64,000 nt of DNA from Patescibacteria group bacterium UBA4787 (lineage in GTDB: Bacteria; Patescibacteriota; Patescibacteriia; UBA2591; UBA4787): NCBI GenBank assembly GCA_002402995.1, contig DHGX01000001.1, positions 85,625 through 149,624 on the forward strand, in the 5' to 3' direction. A program made the translations under genes and the position numbers. How positions within the stretch are numbered: position 1 is the stretch's first letter; every line of letters begins with the position of its first letter. The notes below the pieces were generated by a model. That model did no database searches, was not told the origin of the DNA, and was given only the letters and a program-made list of their open reading frames with translations. Below, piece after piece: positions 46,583 through 57,293 of the stretch.

Positions 46583-46729
46583 TATGCCAGGTAGTGAAAA
46601 TTCGATAGTGCTTTTTGCTTCGGCTCATTACTTGGTTTCGTTGTTAACAAAATAACTAATCTTTGCTTCCAGCGCACTCCTTAATATAATCGCACTTCAA
46701 GAAGCATCGAATTTCTACTACCTGGTATG
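46583..46729. mobile_element. Miniature inverted-repeat element family B, copy 2, at the trmD start codon
   Basis: Same termini as 41044-41190, interior diverged. Confidence 0.8.
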
Positions 46730-47455
46730 ATTAAGTTCGATATTTTGACCATATTCCCCAAAGTTTTCGAAGGATATTTTTCTACTTCTATCATAAATCG
46801 GGCGAAGACAAAGAGACTCGTTAAAATTAGTATTCATAATCTGCGCGATTATACTTTTGATCGGCGCAAGACCATCGATGACCGGCCTTACGGCGGCGGC
46901 GCGGGTATGATTATGAAAGTCGAGCCGATTTATTTGGTTCTTAAAAAATTAACGCACAATTTTAGGAAAGACTCTAAACGAAAAATTATTCTGTTGCGGC
47001 CGTCTAAAAAGATTTTTAATCAAAATATAGCTCGCTCTTATAAAAACTTGAAACATATTATTTTGATTTGCGGTCACTATGAAGGCGTTGATGAACGGGT
47101 TGAACATTTTATTGACGAGTCTTTATCAGTCGGGAATTTCGTATTAACCGGCGGAGAATTGGCAGCGATGATTGTAGTCGATGCGATTACGAGGTTAGTC
47201 GACGGTTCAATTAAAAAAGAATCGCTGGGTGAAGAGTCATTCGATGATGAGGGTTGTCTCAAAATAGAATATCCTCAGTATACTCGTCCGGGAATTTTGA
47301 CAATTAAAGATAAATTCGGTAAAATAAAAGTATTGAAAGCGCCAAGAGTGTTGCTTTCAGGAAGTCATCAAAAGATCAGAGAATGGCGCCATGGCCAAGT
47401 AGCAGAAAAAGTGGCCAGAGCACTCCAAAAAAACAATAGGGGCAAAGATATTTAA
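46727..47455 (+). CDS. trmD: tRNA (guanine-N1)-methyltransferase
   Basis: DDRPYGGGAGM, ICGHYEGVDER, FVLTGGE, EYPQYTRP, LLSGSH. Confidence 0.97.
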   Translation: MIKFDILTIFPKVFEGYFSTSIINRAKTKRLVKISIHNLRDYTFDRRKTIDDRPYGGGAGMIMKVEPIYLVLKKLTHNFRKDSKRKIILLRPSKKIFNQNIARSYKNLKHIILICGHYEGVDERVEHFIDESLSVGNFVLTGGELAAMIVVDAITRLVDGSIKKESLGEESFDDEGCLKIEYPQYTRPGILTIKDKFGKIKVLKAPRVLLSGSHQKIREWRHGQVAEKVARALQKNNRGKDI

Positions 47456-47511
47456 ATCGATACTTTTTGAAGAAAAATACTTCAAAACGTTATCGGCTAA
47501 TATATATGAGC

Positions 47512-47576
47512 TTGACAAATCTCAAAAAAATATTTATATTGAGTATTGTTAATTTATATAGCCAAGTTCTTTAAAA
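47512..47576 (+). promoter_or_regulatory. rRNA promoter and boxA antiterminator
   Basis: TTGACA 47512-47517, 17-bp spacer, TATATT 47535-47540; GTTCTTTAAAA 47566-47576. Confidence 0.75.
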
Positions 47577-47665
47577 ATTTATTTTTTAGTTCAAACCACT
47601 ACAAAAATTCTTAAATTTTTTGTAGTTGCAAATTTTGAGTTTTGTAAATTTTTAGTATCAAATTT

Positions 47666-49192
<1,527 letters not shown>

Positions 49193-49338
49193 TAGAGGAT
49201 ATATCCCGACTATATGTCGGGATGGTCGATACTTTTCTTTTCCCTTGGGAATTAAGAGTATTTTCTCAAATATTTGCAACTACAAAAAGCTTAGGAATTT
49301 TTTTATTTAAATTAAAAATTTTAATAATTTTTAACAAA

Positions 49339-49365
49339 AAAACTGCCGACTCAAGGCAGTATTTT
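49339..49365 (+). terminator. Terminator after the 16S gene
   Basis: ACTGCC-GACTCAA-GGCAGT followed by a T-rich tail. Confidence 0.6.
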
Positions 49366-49577
49366 GTATTATTTGACTTTGATTGACCGTGTTTTAGCTA
49401 CAATCAAAACATAACTATTTATATAAATCACGTTGCGATCATAATAATTTTAAAAAGAATCAGAGAAAATTCAGTATCTTTTAATATAATTACATATTGA
49501 CAAAAGACGGGTTTCTGCTATGTTTATATGAACATAATTTGTTCATTAAATAAAAATTAAAAAGGAGGTATCAGGTC

Positions 49578-50111
49578 ATGTACTCCGTGTTGATCGTTGT
49601 TGGTCTTTTTGCAATCATCGGTGTAGCTTCTGCTCTTGCTTCCCGTTCTTTGGAGATGGTTGTCCCTGTGACCATAGCCCTTGCAATCGTCGGTTTATTC
49701 GTCGGCTTGGCCGCCGTTTTGATAATTAGCTTTTTTCTGCCTATTACAACCGACATGATTTTGGTAGATTGTAAGACTTTGGCCGGCGTACAGGATGTTA
49801 ACGGAGTGTATGGTTCTTTTTTTCTCGGTTGTGGCGAAGTGAACGGTGAATTGGTTTATCGATATTTTGAGAAAATCGGAGCCAATTCTTATCGTCCCGC
49901 CGAGATAAGAACGCCATGCGACAGCCGCGTCGAAATCGTGGAAAAAGACGATCTCAAAATCGGCTTCTTAGAAATTTGGCAAACGACTACTTCGCTCCAT
50001 AACCCCAAACTGAAAAATTGGTTTTTTAATCTTGGGGGGGGTTCTAAGTTAGTAAAATTTATCGTGCCCAAGGGCTCAGTCGTCCGCCAATTCCGATTCG
50101 ATTTGCAATAA
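49578..50111 (+). CDS. Hypothetical membrane protein
   Basis: SD AGGAGGT, two TM segments, GSFFLGCG motif; own promoter and terminator. Confidence 0.7.
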   Translation: MYSVLIVVGLFAIIGVASALASRSLEMVVPVTIALAIVGLFVGLAAVLIISFFLPITTDMILVDCKTLAGVQDVNGVYGSFFLGCGEVNGELVYRYFEKIGANSYRPAEIRTPCDSRVEIVEKDDLKIGFLEIWQTTTSLHNPKLKNWFFNLGGGSKLVKFIVPKGSVVRQFRFDLQ

Positions 50112-50201
50112 ATCGCATCAGTTAACCTGCTGTTAATCAACGGCAGGTTTTTATTAATGGTTGATAATCTTGATTTATAAATAATTTATGAAATTAAAAA
50201 A

Positions 50202-50273
50202 TGCCGGAGGTCAGAATCGAACTGACAACGCAAGGATTTTCAGTCCTTCGCTCTACCACTGAGCTACTCCGGC
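50202..50273 (-). tRNA. tRNA-Phe(GAA)
   Basis: GCCGGAGTAGCTCAGTGGTAGAGCGAAGGACTGAAAATCCTTGCGTTGTCAGTTCGATTCTGACCTCCGGCA. Confidence 0.97.
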
Positions 50274-50295
50274 AAATAAATATGTATTTTGTTAA

Positions 50296-50486
50296 TGGGC
50301 ATTTAGTCCACCAGCTGGTGGAGAACCCTAGTCCTCTTCCGCCTGCCCCGTTAAATTTCTGAATGGGCGACCAAGGAATCGAACCCTGTTCTCTTCCGTG
50401 TAAAGGAAATGTTTTACCATTAAACTAGTCGCCCAAGATTAATTTAACGGGGTGGATAAAGGAAGCTTAATCCCTTTATAATACCC
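50296..50486 (-). pseudogene. Degenerate tRNA-Val 'shell' interrupted by an IR element carrying the intact tRNA-Val and by a REP-like palindrome in the T-arm
   Basis: Minus strand: GGGTATT..CTTCCTTTA [ins+tRNA] CGGAAGAGGACTAGGGTTC [TCCACCAGCTGGTGGA] CTA AATGCCCA; acceptor and anticodon stems still pair. Confidence 0.7.
50364..50434 (-). tRNA. tRNA-Val(TAC)
   Basis: GGGCGACTAGTTTAATGGTAAAACATTTCCTTTACACGGAAGAGAACAGGGTTCGATTCCTTGGTCGCCCA. Confidence 0.95.
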
Positions 50487-50501
50487 ATTATTTTTTTAAA
50501 G

Positions 50502-50574
50502 TGGACCCTAGGGGGCTCGAACCCCTCACCTCTTCCATGCCATGGAAGCGCTCTACCAACTGAGCTAAGGGCCC
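50502..50574 (-). tRNA. tRNA-Ala(GGC)
   Basis: GGGCCCTTAGCTCAGTTGGTAGAGCGCTTCCATGGCATGGAAGAGGTGAGGGGTTCGAGCCCCCTAGGGTCCA; G3:U70 pair. Confidence 0.97.
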
Positions 50575-50595
50575 ACACGTTTAACAATTTATAGT

Positions 50596-50678
50596 ATATT
50601 CGTCATGCTTCGTGAAATTGGTTCGCTACGGAATCAGACAAAAAGATTTTTGTCTGTCCCCCTGTTTGCCAATTATAT
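50596..50678. repeat. Dispersed repeat family D (also 55681-55760, degenerate 55757-55850, and 63535-63615)
   Basis: TTATAATTGGCGARCGGAGGAAYAGACAA-Tn-GTCTRATTCYGTAGCGAGYCAATTTCAC...AAGCAAGTATA; this copy is inverted. Confidence 0.8.
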
Positions 50679-50703
50679 AACTTTTGAGATAAAAATCAAG
50701 AGC

Positions 50704-51003
50704 TTAATAACCCTTTTGGTGTCTTTTTTGAATTTTTCTTTTGGTTTTTAAAAAAGCTTTTTCCAAATCAACGTGATGCCTGTTGGCGATGCTGGCCAAA
50801 CAAACTAATAAATCGCCAATTTCTTTTTCCAGATCAATTTTAACTTTTTTGCGATTTTTATTCCCGTCAATTTTCCTAATCATTTCCGCTACTTCGCCGA
50901 ATTCTTCTATTAAAAAAAGAATTTCGGTTTTTTCGTCAACTGGTTTGGAATTTTCTTCCCAATCTTCCCTAACCCAATCTTGAGCTTCTTTTAATTTAGT
51001 CAT
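50704..51003 (-). CDS. MazG-like nucleotide pyrophosphohydrolase
   Basis: LIEEFGEVAE, EKEIGDLL, VDLEKAF. Confidence 0.88.
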   Translation of the reverse strand: MTKLKEAQDWVREDWEENSKPVDEKTEILFLIEEFGEVAEMIRKIDGNKNRKKVKIDLEKEIGDLLVCLASIANRHHVDLEKAFLKTKRKIQKRHQKGY

Positions 51004-51016
51004 AAGAGATAATATT

Positions 51017-53281
51017 TTAATTTTCTAATTTGAGAGATAGAAGCTTGGAAACCTTGTCTTCGCCCATAGTTACGCCGTAGAGTATATTGGCAAAAGACAT
51101 TACGCGGCGATTGTGAGTGATAATCAAGAATTGTGTTTTGTCGTCTAACTCTCGTAAAATTTCGCCAAAACGTTCCGAGTTTTCTTCGTCCAAAGCCGCA
51201 TCCACTTCATCTAAAACAACAAACGGTGGTTTATTAATGGCAATAATTGCACAAATTAAAGCAATGGAGGTTAGGGTTTTCTCTCCACCCGACAAAACTT
51301 CAATGTGTTGGACTTTTTTGCCTGGCGGCGTGGCTAGAATTTCCACGTCATAATTTTGTTTTTTTTCTTTTTCCAGTTCTTCTTCGGCATTAATTTCCCT
51401 TTCTTGGTTATTTTTTTCTTCTCCATCCGCGGCTTCTTTTTGCTCTTCGTTTTCTTTTTCGTCCTCTGATTTTTTAAATATTAATTTCGCTTTGCCACCG
51501 CTAAAAAATATCTTAAAGTATTGATCAAATTTTTCATTAATTTTATTGAACGAAGCATGAAATTGATCTTCTATGATTTTGTCTAATTCGTTGACAATCT
51601 TGTTTAGTGTCTGCATAGCTTGTTTAAGGTCGGATGTTTGATTTGTTAGAAATTCATAACGGTTTTTGCATTCTGGATATTCTTTGGTTATTTCCGGATC
51701 AATTCCACCTATTAACTCCATTTGTCTTTTAAGGTGTTGGATGGTTTCAGTCAGGTCTTGGTTATTCTCAAGATTAATTTTTTCGATGTTAGTTATTTGT
51801 ATAATAGATAAGTCTGAAACACCAGTTTCTCTTTTTATCTCTTCACGTAAAGATTCCATTTTGGTTTCTATGCGCGCGCGTTCAATTTTCATTTCGTTTT
51901 CTTTGGACGATAATTTATCGAGTTCTAATTGTTCGTCATGGAGGATTCTTTGTGTGTCGATTATTTTGCTCATTTTTTCGCTCTCCAGGCGATTTTCTTC
52001 GGCCAGTTTTTTATCTAAGTCGTTCATCTGGTTGTCTAGACCACTGACCAATCCATCCAGCTTATTAAGCTTTTCTTCTAATTTGTTCGGTTCGCTTTCT
52101 ATGTCTTCCTTGTCTTGCGGTTCTTCGATTAAAGCTAAAATTTCTTTAATCTTTTTTATTTTGTCATTCAGGCTGGCTGATAGTTCGTCGCGATCAAATT
52201 TAGTTTTAACTTTCTCGAGTAAATTACAGTGAAGAGATATCAACTCTTTCAAGCGTTCTGCTACTAGCACCAAATTAACATCTGTTTTTATGCGTTGGTT
52301 TGTTTTTTCTCTTAGGGCTATCTTTAAGTCAATTAATTTTTCTTTGATGTCCATTCGTTCTTTAAGGCGCTCGTCTTTTAAGTGTTGGATTTTGCTATAT
52401 TCTTCCCTTAAATTTTTAAAAGTATTTTCTGCGGTTGGGGAGAAGGCATTGGCAAATTGTTTTTGTAGCCCACTAAAATTATATTTAGTTGAATCGTATT
52501 CTTGACTGATTTTTAATAATTCGTTGTTGATGTTTTTGAGCTGGCGGTCCAGATCGTTTAAAAATTCTTCATAATATTTTTTCTGGAAGAAGTGCAGGCG
52601 ATTTTCTATCTCTTGGCGTTGTTCGAGTTTTTTAATTTGGCGCGCCAGCGAACGCATACGCGGTTCAATTTCTTGCAAAACAATTTCTGCCTGGTTTAAG
52701 TTTTCCTGGGTTTTAGCTAATTTTCTTAAAGCCGAGTCTTTTTTTATCTGATGTTGGCGAACGCCAGTTGCTTCGTCAAAGAACAATTTTTTTTCATTAG
52801 CCGAGCTGTGCAGAATGGCATCAATCATGCCTTGTCCGATAATGCTGTAGCTTCTCTGTCCGACGTTGGCTTTAGCTAAGAGCATTACAATGTCTTGCAA
52901 CCTTGTTTGACTATTATTAATAAAATATTCACTCTCGCCGTTGCGATAAACGCGGCGCGTAATGTTAAACTGTTTAAAGTCGATGGGCGCCCAACCGTCT
53001 TCATTGTTGAAGGTTATAGAAACCTCCGCCAAACTAAGGCGCGACTTTTTTTCTGAACCGGAGAAAATAATATCTTCGGATTTTTTTCCGCGCAGAGATT
53101 TCAGACTCTGCTCACCCAAGCCCCAGCGAATAGCTTCTAATATATTAGATTTACCCGAACCGTTCGGACCGACAATAGCGGTAATGCCGCGACTTAAATC
53201 GTCGATCGGTTTGGGGAATTCTAATATAGTTTTATTGGCAAAAGATTTAAAGCCGTTAATTTCCAGTCTTTCTAAATGCAT
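51017..53281 (-). CDS. smc: Chromosome segregation ATPase SMC, short form (754 aa)
   Basis: GFKSFA, GPNGSGKSNI, SLRG, GESEYFIN, IIGQG, LSGGEK, VVLDEVDAALD, IITH. Confidence 0.92.
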   Translation of the reverse strand: MHLERLEINGFKSFANKTILEFPKPIDDLSRGITAIVGPNGSGKSNILEAIRWGLGEQSLKSLRGKKSEDIIFSGSEKKSRLSLAEVSITFNNEDGWAPIDFKQFNITRRVYRNGESEYFINNSQTRLQDIVMLLAKANVGQRSYSIIGQGMIDAILHSSANEKKLFFDEATGVRQHQIKKDSALRKLAKTQENLNQAEIVLQEIEPRMRSLARQIKKLEQRQEIENRLHFFQKKYYEEFLNDLDRQLKNINNELLKISQEYDSTKYNFSGLQKQFANAFSPTAENTFKNLREEYSKIQHLKDERLKERMDIKEKLIDLKIALREKTNQRIKTDVNLVLVAERLKELISLHCNLLEKVKTKFDRDELSASLNDKIKKIKEILALIEEPQDKEDIESEPNKLEEKLNKLDGLVSGLDNQMNDLDKKLAEENRLESEKMSKIIDTQRILHDEQLELDKLSSKENEMKIERARIETKMESLREEIKRETGVSDLSIIQITNIEKINLENNQDLTETIQHLKRQMELIGGIDPEITKEYPECKNRYEFLTNQTSDLKQAMQTLNKIVNELDKIIEDQFHASFNKINEKFDQYFKIFFSGGKAKLIFKKSEDEKENEEQKEAADGEEKNNQEREINAEEELEKEKKQNYDVEILATPPGKKVQHIEVLSGGEKTLTSIALICAIIAINKPPFVVLDEVDAALDEENSERFGEILRELDDKTQFLIITHNRRVMSFANILYGVTMGEDKVSKLLSLKLEN

Positions 53282-53392
53282 TGATTAAGATTAGATGAAT
53301 TGATAAACGCATCTATTATACTATTTTAAAATAAAAATAAAAGAGGCTCTTTTTTGAGAGCCTCTAAGGGTTTTTGGGTTGACTAGCAAAGC

Positions 53393-54052
53393 TTAGTCTT
53401 CTTGCTCAAGCGCACCACCTGTGGCGCCGGCGACGATTTGACCGTTTTTGGCTTCTTCGATGACCAGATTATCAATGTTGTCCTTCGGGGTGGTTGGTCC
53501 GGTCGGTCCAGCCGGAGGATGGGGCGACCAGTCAGACTTGATGATTCTGATCACTTCTTGGATGTCGGCATTTTTGAAGATTAGGCGCCAGGCAGCTTCA
53601 TTGGGTTCTCGGTTGACGCAGATAAAAAATTCTTTGCCTCCCCCAAGTCCTATCTTTTCTTCCAGCGCTCTTAAGACCGCGATGATCTCTCTGGGCTTGC
53701 GATTGATAAAGAGACGGTGCCAAGCATCGTGGATTTTGTGGAGTATTTTTTTCTTATTCCATGATTCGCTGGTGCCGCCGCGGGAACGCGGAATTAGATG
53801 ATGGACGGTCAGTTCATTGGGGTTGCGAGGTTGTACGGGGACGCGCGATTTTTTATCTTTTGTTCCCGTGGGGATCGCTGTTTTTTTACTCTTATGCCCG
53901 ATAACGGTTTTTATCTTGTCTACGTTTTTGACGGTGAGCCGGCTTCCGATTCTTTTTTCAAACAAGCGCAGTTGTTTTCTCCGTCTGCGTTTAACCGCGC
54001 TTTGTCTGATGCTAATCAGCTTCTTGCTTTTCTGGATTTTTTTACGTGCCAA
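53393..54052 (-). CDS. HNH-like protein with basic N-terminus
   Basis: TVHHLIPRSRGGTSESWN......HDAWHRLF; G-rich SD with TTG start. Confidence 0.65.
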   Translation of the reverse strand: MARKKIQKSKKLISIRQSAVKRRRRKQLRLFEKRIGSRLTVKNVDKIKTVIGHKSKKTAIPTGTKDKKSRVPVQPRNPNELTVHHLIPRSRGGTSESWNKKKILHKIHDAWHRLFINRKPREIIAVLRALEEKIGLGGGKEFFICVNREPNEAAWRLIFKNADIQEVIRIIKSDWSPHPPAGPTGPTTPKDNIDNLVIEEAKNGQIVAGATGGALEQED

Positions 54053-54100
54053 CTTATGACACCCCCTTTCTTTCTATTTTTATTTTAAAAGTGCGATTAA

Positions 54101-54826
54101 TTACTTTTTATTGAGATCTTTTTGAAATTTCACAAGAGCTTTCTTGGCTGCTTCGGTTTCGGCTTCTTGTTTATTGGTGCCTCTTCCCCGGGCGATAGGT
54201 TTGCCATCAACGACAGATATGGCTACAAATAATCTTTCGTGGGCTGGTCCGGTCTCGGAAACGATTTCATATCGGGGAGTCTTTTTTAGTTGAGCTTGTA
54301 CAATTTCTTGTAAAAGTGTTTTGGGGTCTTTGTCTTGGATAATTTTTACCGCCGATTTGGGAATACCAGTAATAATAAATTTGTTAACAAATTCTTTAGT
54401 CTTGATAAAACCTTGATCTAAGTAAATAGCGCCGATAAGAGCTTCTGTGGCATCGGCTAAAATTACTTTTTTAGCCTTGGGTTCTCCGATTAATTCGCCG
54501 CGGCCAAGGAATAGAAATTTTTCTAAATTTATTTTTTCAGCCGTATCTGATAGATTATTGGTATTAACAATAGCAGACCTTAAAAGTGTTAATTCGCCCT
54601 CCGGTTTGCGGAACATTTTAAATAGATATTCCGTAACAATCAATTCGAGGACTGCGTCGCCTAGAAATTCTAGTCTTTCGTTATGGTCCCACCTAACGAG
54701 TCGATTCTCATTTTTGAAAGATCGATGAGTAAGCGCTTCTCTGAGCAAATTGAAATGTCTGAATTTAATATTAATAAACTTTTCTAGTTTCTCAAGATTT
54801 TGATTGTTCGTTTTTATTTTCTGCAT
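54101..54826 (-). CDS. rnc: Ribonuclease III
   Basis: [32 protein letters not shown], ds[15 protein letters not shown]. Confidence 0.97.
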   Translation of the reverse strand: MQKIKTNNQNLEKLEKFINIKFRHFNLLREALTHRSFKNENRLVRWDHNERLEFLGDAVLELIVTEYLFKMFRKPEGELTLLRSAIVNTNNLSDTAEKINLEKFLFLGRGELIGEPKAKKVILADATEALIGAIYLDQGFIKTKEFVNKFIITGIPKSAVKIIQDKDPKTLLQEIVQAQLKKTPRYEIVSETGPAHERLFVAISVVDGKPIARGRGTNKQEAETEAAKKALVKFQKDLNKK

Positions 54827-55259
54827 CTTCTTTGCCTTTTATTTTTTCATAAATAGCTCCTAGCACGCCATTAACGAATTTACCGGAACTAATGCCACTG
54901 AACGCTTTGGCCACTTCAATAGCTTCATTTATGGCTACTTTAGGCGGCGTATTTTTAGACACGGCCAATTCATAAACGCCAATACGTAAAATATTGCGAT
55001 CAATCGAGGTGATTTGTTCAAGCGGCCATTGGGGCGCATATTCTTTAATATAGTTATCTATTTTGTCTAGATTGTCGATTATGCCAAAGACTAATTCTTC
55101 ACTGAATTTATTATCTCCATCCAGCATGCCGAATTCTTCAGAGTTTCTTTTAACAATTTCTATTAGTTCATTTTTGTCTAATTCTTTTTCCGCGCGCGAA
55201 AAATCCCATTCATAAAGGGTTTGCAGGGCGATAGTTCTACTCAAATGACGCGAGGCCAT
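54792..55259 (-). CDS. nusB: Transcription antitermination factor NusB
   Basis: [47 protein letters not shown]. Confidence 0.97.
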   Translation of the reverse strand: MASRHLSRTIALQTLYEWDFSRAEKELDKNELIEIVKRNSEEFGMLDGDNKFSEELVFGIIDNLDKIDNYIKEYAPQWPLEQITSIDRNILRIGVYELAVSKNTPPKVAINEAIEVAKAFSGISSGKFVNGVLGAIYEKIKGKEDAENKNEQSKS

Positions 55260-55281
55260 ATGATTTTTATTAAAAATCTAA

Positions 55282-55494
55282 TTATTTGCTCTTTTTATCT
55301 TTTTTGTCTTTTTTTGTTTTCTCGAGATTAACAACGATTTTTCCTTTATAGTTTCCGCAATGAATGCAGGCTTTATGCGGTAGGGTTTGTTTTTTGCACT
55401 GCGGACAAGTGGTAAGATTAATTTTTTTGAGTCTATATTGATATTCTCTCCTTTTTTGGCGACTTCTTGATCTTTTTTGAGTTGGTAGAGCCAT
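55282..55494 (-). CDS. rpmF: 50S ribosomal protein L32
   Basis: MALPTQKRSRSR, CPQC..LPHKACIHCGNYKG. Confidence 0.95.
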   Translation of the reverse strand: MALPTQKRSRSRQKRREYQYRLKKINLTTCPQCKKQTLPHKACIHCGNYKGKIVVNLEKTKKDKKDKKSK

Positions 55495-55609
55495 AAGATT
55501 AATCTACATTTAAATTTATTAATTATTAAAGCTATAAATAAATATATCATTTTTTATAATTTTTGGCAAGTTGATACCGAGAAGATTTTTAAAATTTAAT
55601 ATTTCGGCG

Positions 55610-55629
55610 CTATCCACACTTTATCCCCA
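55610..55629 (+). promoter_or_regulatory. DnaA-box-like sites in the rpmF-dnaA intergenic region
   Basis: CTATCCACA and TTATCCCCA, each one mismatch from TTATCCACA. Confidence 0.45.
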
Positions 55630-55890
55630 TTTTATCCTCGAAACTCCAAAAAATTTCGTTTCAATTATAAACGATCGATGTTATAATTGGCGAACGGAGG
55701 AACAGACAATTTTTTGTCTAATTCTGTAGCGAGCCAATTTCACAGAGCGAAGCAAGTATAATTGGCAGCAGGGATAAAACAAAAATTTTCCGCCAGCTGG
55801 CGGATTGATTTTATCCGAAGCGCTCAAATTTCAGAAGCGAGGCGACTATATTTTTTTTGTTGATCAAGCTAATAAAAATAAAATAAATTT

Positions 55891-57252
55891 ATGGAGATAA
55901 ATCGGGAACAATTGTGGCAGGCTGTTATGGCAGAATTAGAGTTAATTATTCCCCGAGTAAATTTTTTAACATGGTTCCAGAGCACGCATTTATTGACGGC
56001 TAATTGTGAGAGCGGCGAAGCGGTGGTCGGTGTGCCGAACAATTTTACCAAAGAATGGTTAGAGAAAAAATACCATAAATCTATACTTAATATTTTACAA
56101 AATTTAACTGACAACAAGGTTAAAATAATAATTTATCAAGTAGAGGGAACGCCAATCACTATTTCCAAAACTATCCCCAAGGTTGATTTAGCGCGCCTGG
56201 AAAAAATGATGCCGACAGAAGAGCCGAACATTTCTGAGCTTAATCCACGTTATACTTTCGAAATGTTTGTCGTGGGTAAAGGGAACGAGTTGGCTTATGC
56301 TGCCGCGCAAGCAGCCGCCGAAGCTCCCGGGGAAAAATATAACCCACTTTTTATCTACGGTGGTGTTGGTTTGGGTAAAACTCATCTTTTGCAAGCAATC
56401 GGCGGCGCCGTTTTAAAAAGAAATGGCCGTCTAAAAGTTATGTATACAAATGCCGAGAAATTTACCAATGAATTCGTCAGGGCTATTCGCGACGGCAACG
56501 TGGAAAAGTTTAAAAGAATTTATCGCAACCTGGACGTATTTTTAATCGACGATATACAATTTATCGCCGGCAAAGAAAGCACACAAGAAGAATTTTTCCA
56601 TACCTTTAATGCTTTGCATCAAAAAGACAAACAGATTGTAATAACATCCGATCGCTTGCCCAAAATTATTCCGGCTCTAGAAGAAAGGTTAATGTCCCGT
56701 TTTGAATGGGGCTTGATCGCCGATGTTTCTTCGCCAGACTTAGAAACCAGAATGGCTATTTTGAATAGCAAATGTAAAGAAAGGAATTATGAATTAAGCC
56801 AGGAAATTATCCAATATCTTGCCAGTCATATCCAGAAGAATGTGCGCGAATTAGAGGGCGCTTTAAGTAAAATTATGGCTTATCATGAGATGAATAGAAC
56901 GATTCCGACTATAGATTCAGTGAAACAAATAATGTCTAGTTTAGCCGCACAACCCAAGAAGTCTTTGATTAATTCAAAGCAGCTTATTAACGCAGTGGCA
57001 GAATTTTATGGGATCAAGCTTCCCGACTTGGTCGGCGATTCTCGAAAAAAAGAATTGGTTGGTCCGCGTCAAGTAGCTATGTTTTTATTGCGTGAAGAGT
57101 TAAACGTTTCGTTCCCATTCATCGGCCAAGAATTGGGTAATCGCGATCATACTACGGCTATGCACGCTCACGATAAAATCAAAAAAGAATTGGAGGGTGA
57201 TGGCCGCGTTAAACAAGAGATTGATTATATTAAACAAAGGCTTTATAATTAA
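55891..57252 (+). CDS. dnaA: Chromosomal replication initiator DnaA
   Basis: LNPRYTF, YNPLFIYGGVGLGKTHLL, IDDIQF, QEEFFHTFN, NVRELEGAL, RDHTTAMHA. Confidence 0.98.
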   Translation: MEINREQLWQAVMAELELIIPRVNFLTWFQSTHLLTANCESGEAVVGVPNNFTKEWLEKKYHKSILNILQNLTDNKVKIIIYQVEGTPITISKTIPKVDLARLEKMMPTEEPNISELNPRYTFEMFVVGKGNELAYAAAQAAAEAPGEKYNPLFIYGGVGLGKTHLLQAIGGAVLKRNGRLKVMYTNAEKFTNEFVRAIRDGNVEKFKRIYRNLDVFLIDDIQFIAGKESTQEEFFHTFNALHQKDKQIVITSDRLPKIIPALEERLMSRFEWGLIADVSSPDLETRMAILNSKCKERNYELSQEIIQYLASHIQKNVRELEGALSKIMAYHEMNRTIPTIDSVKQIMSSLAAQPKKSLINSKQLINAVAEFYGIKLPDLVGDSRKKELVGPRQVAMFLLREELNVSFPFIGQELGNRDHTTAMHAHDKIKKELEGDGRVKQEIDYIKQRLYN

Positions 57253-57293
57253 TATTGTCGTCAATTTCTGATTTTTAGTTTTGAGCCAATTGT

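Noticed and set aside
55495-55890. oriC between rpmF and dnaA
   Set aside because: Only two imperfect DnaA boxes, no adjacent dnaN, and most genes including 16S to the left point toward dnaA; cannot be called without genome-wide GC skew.
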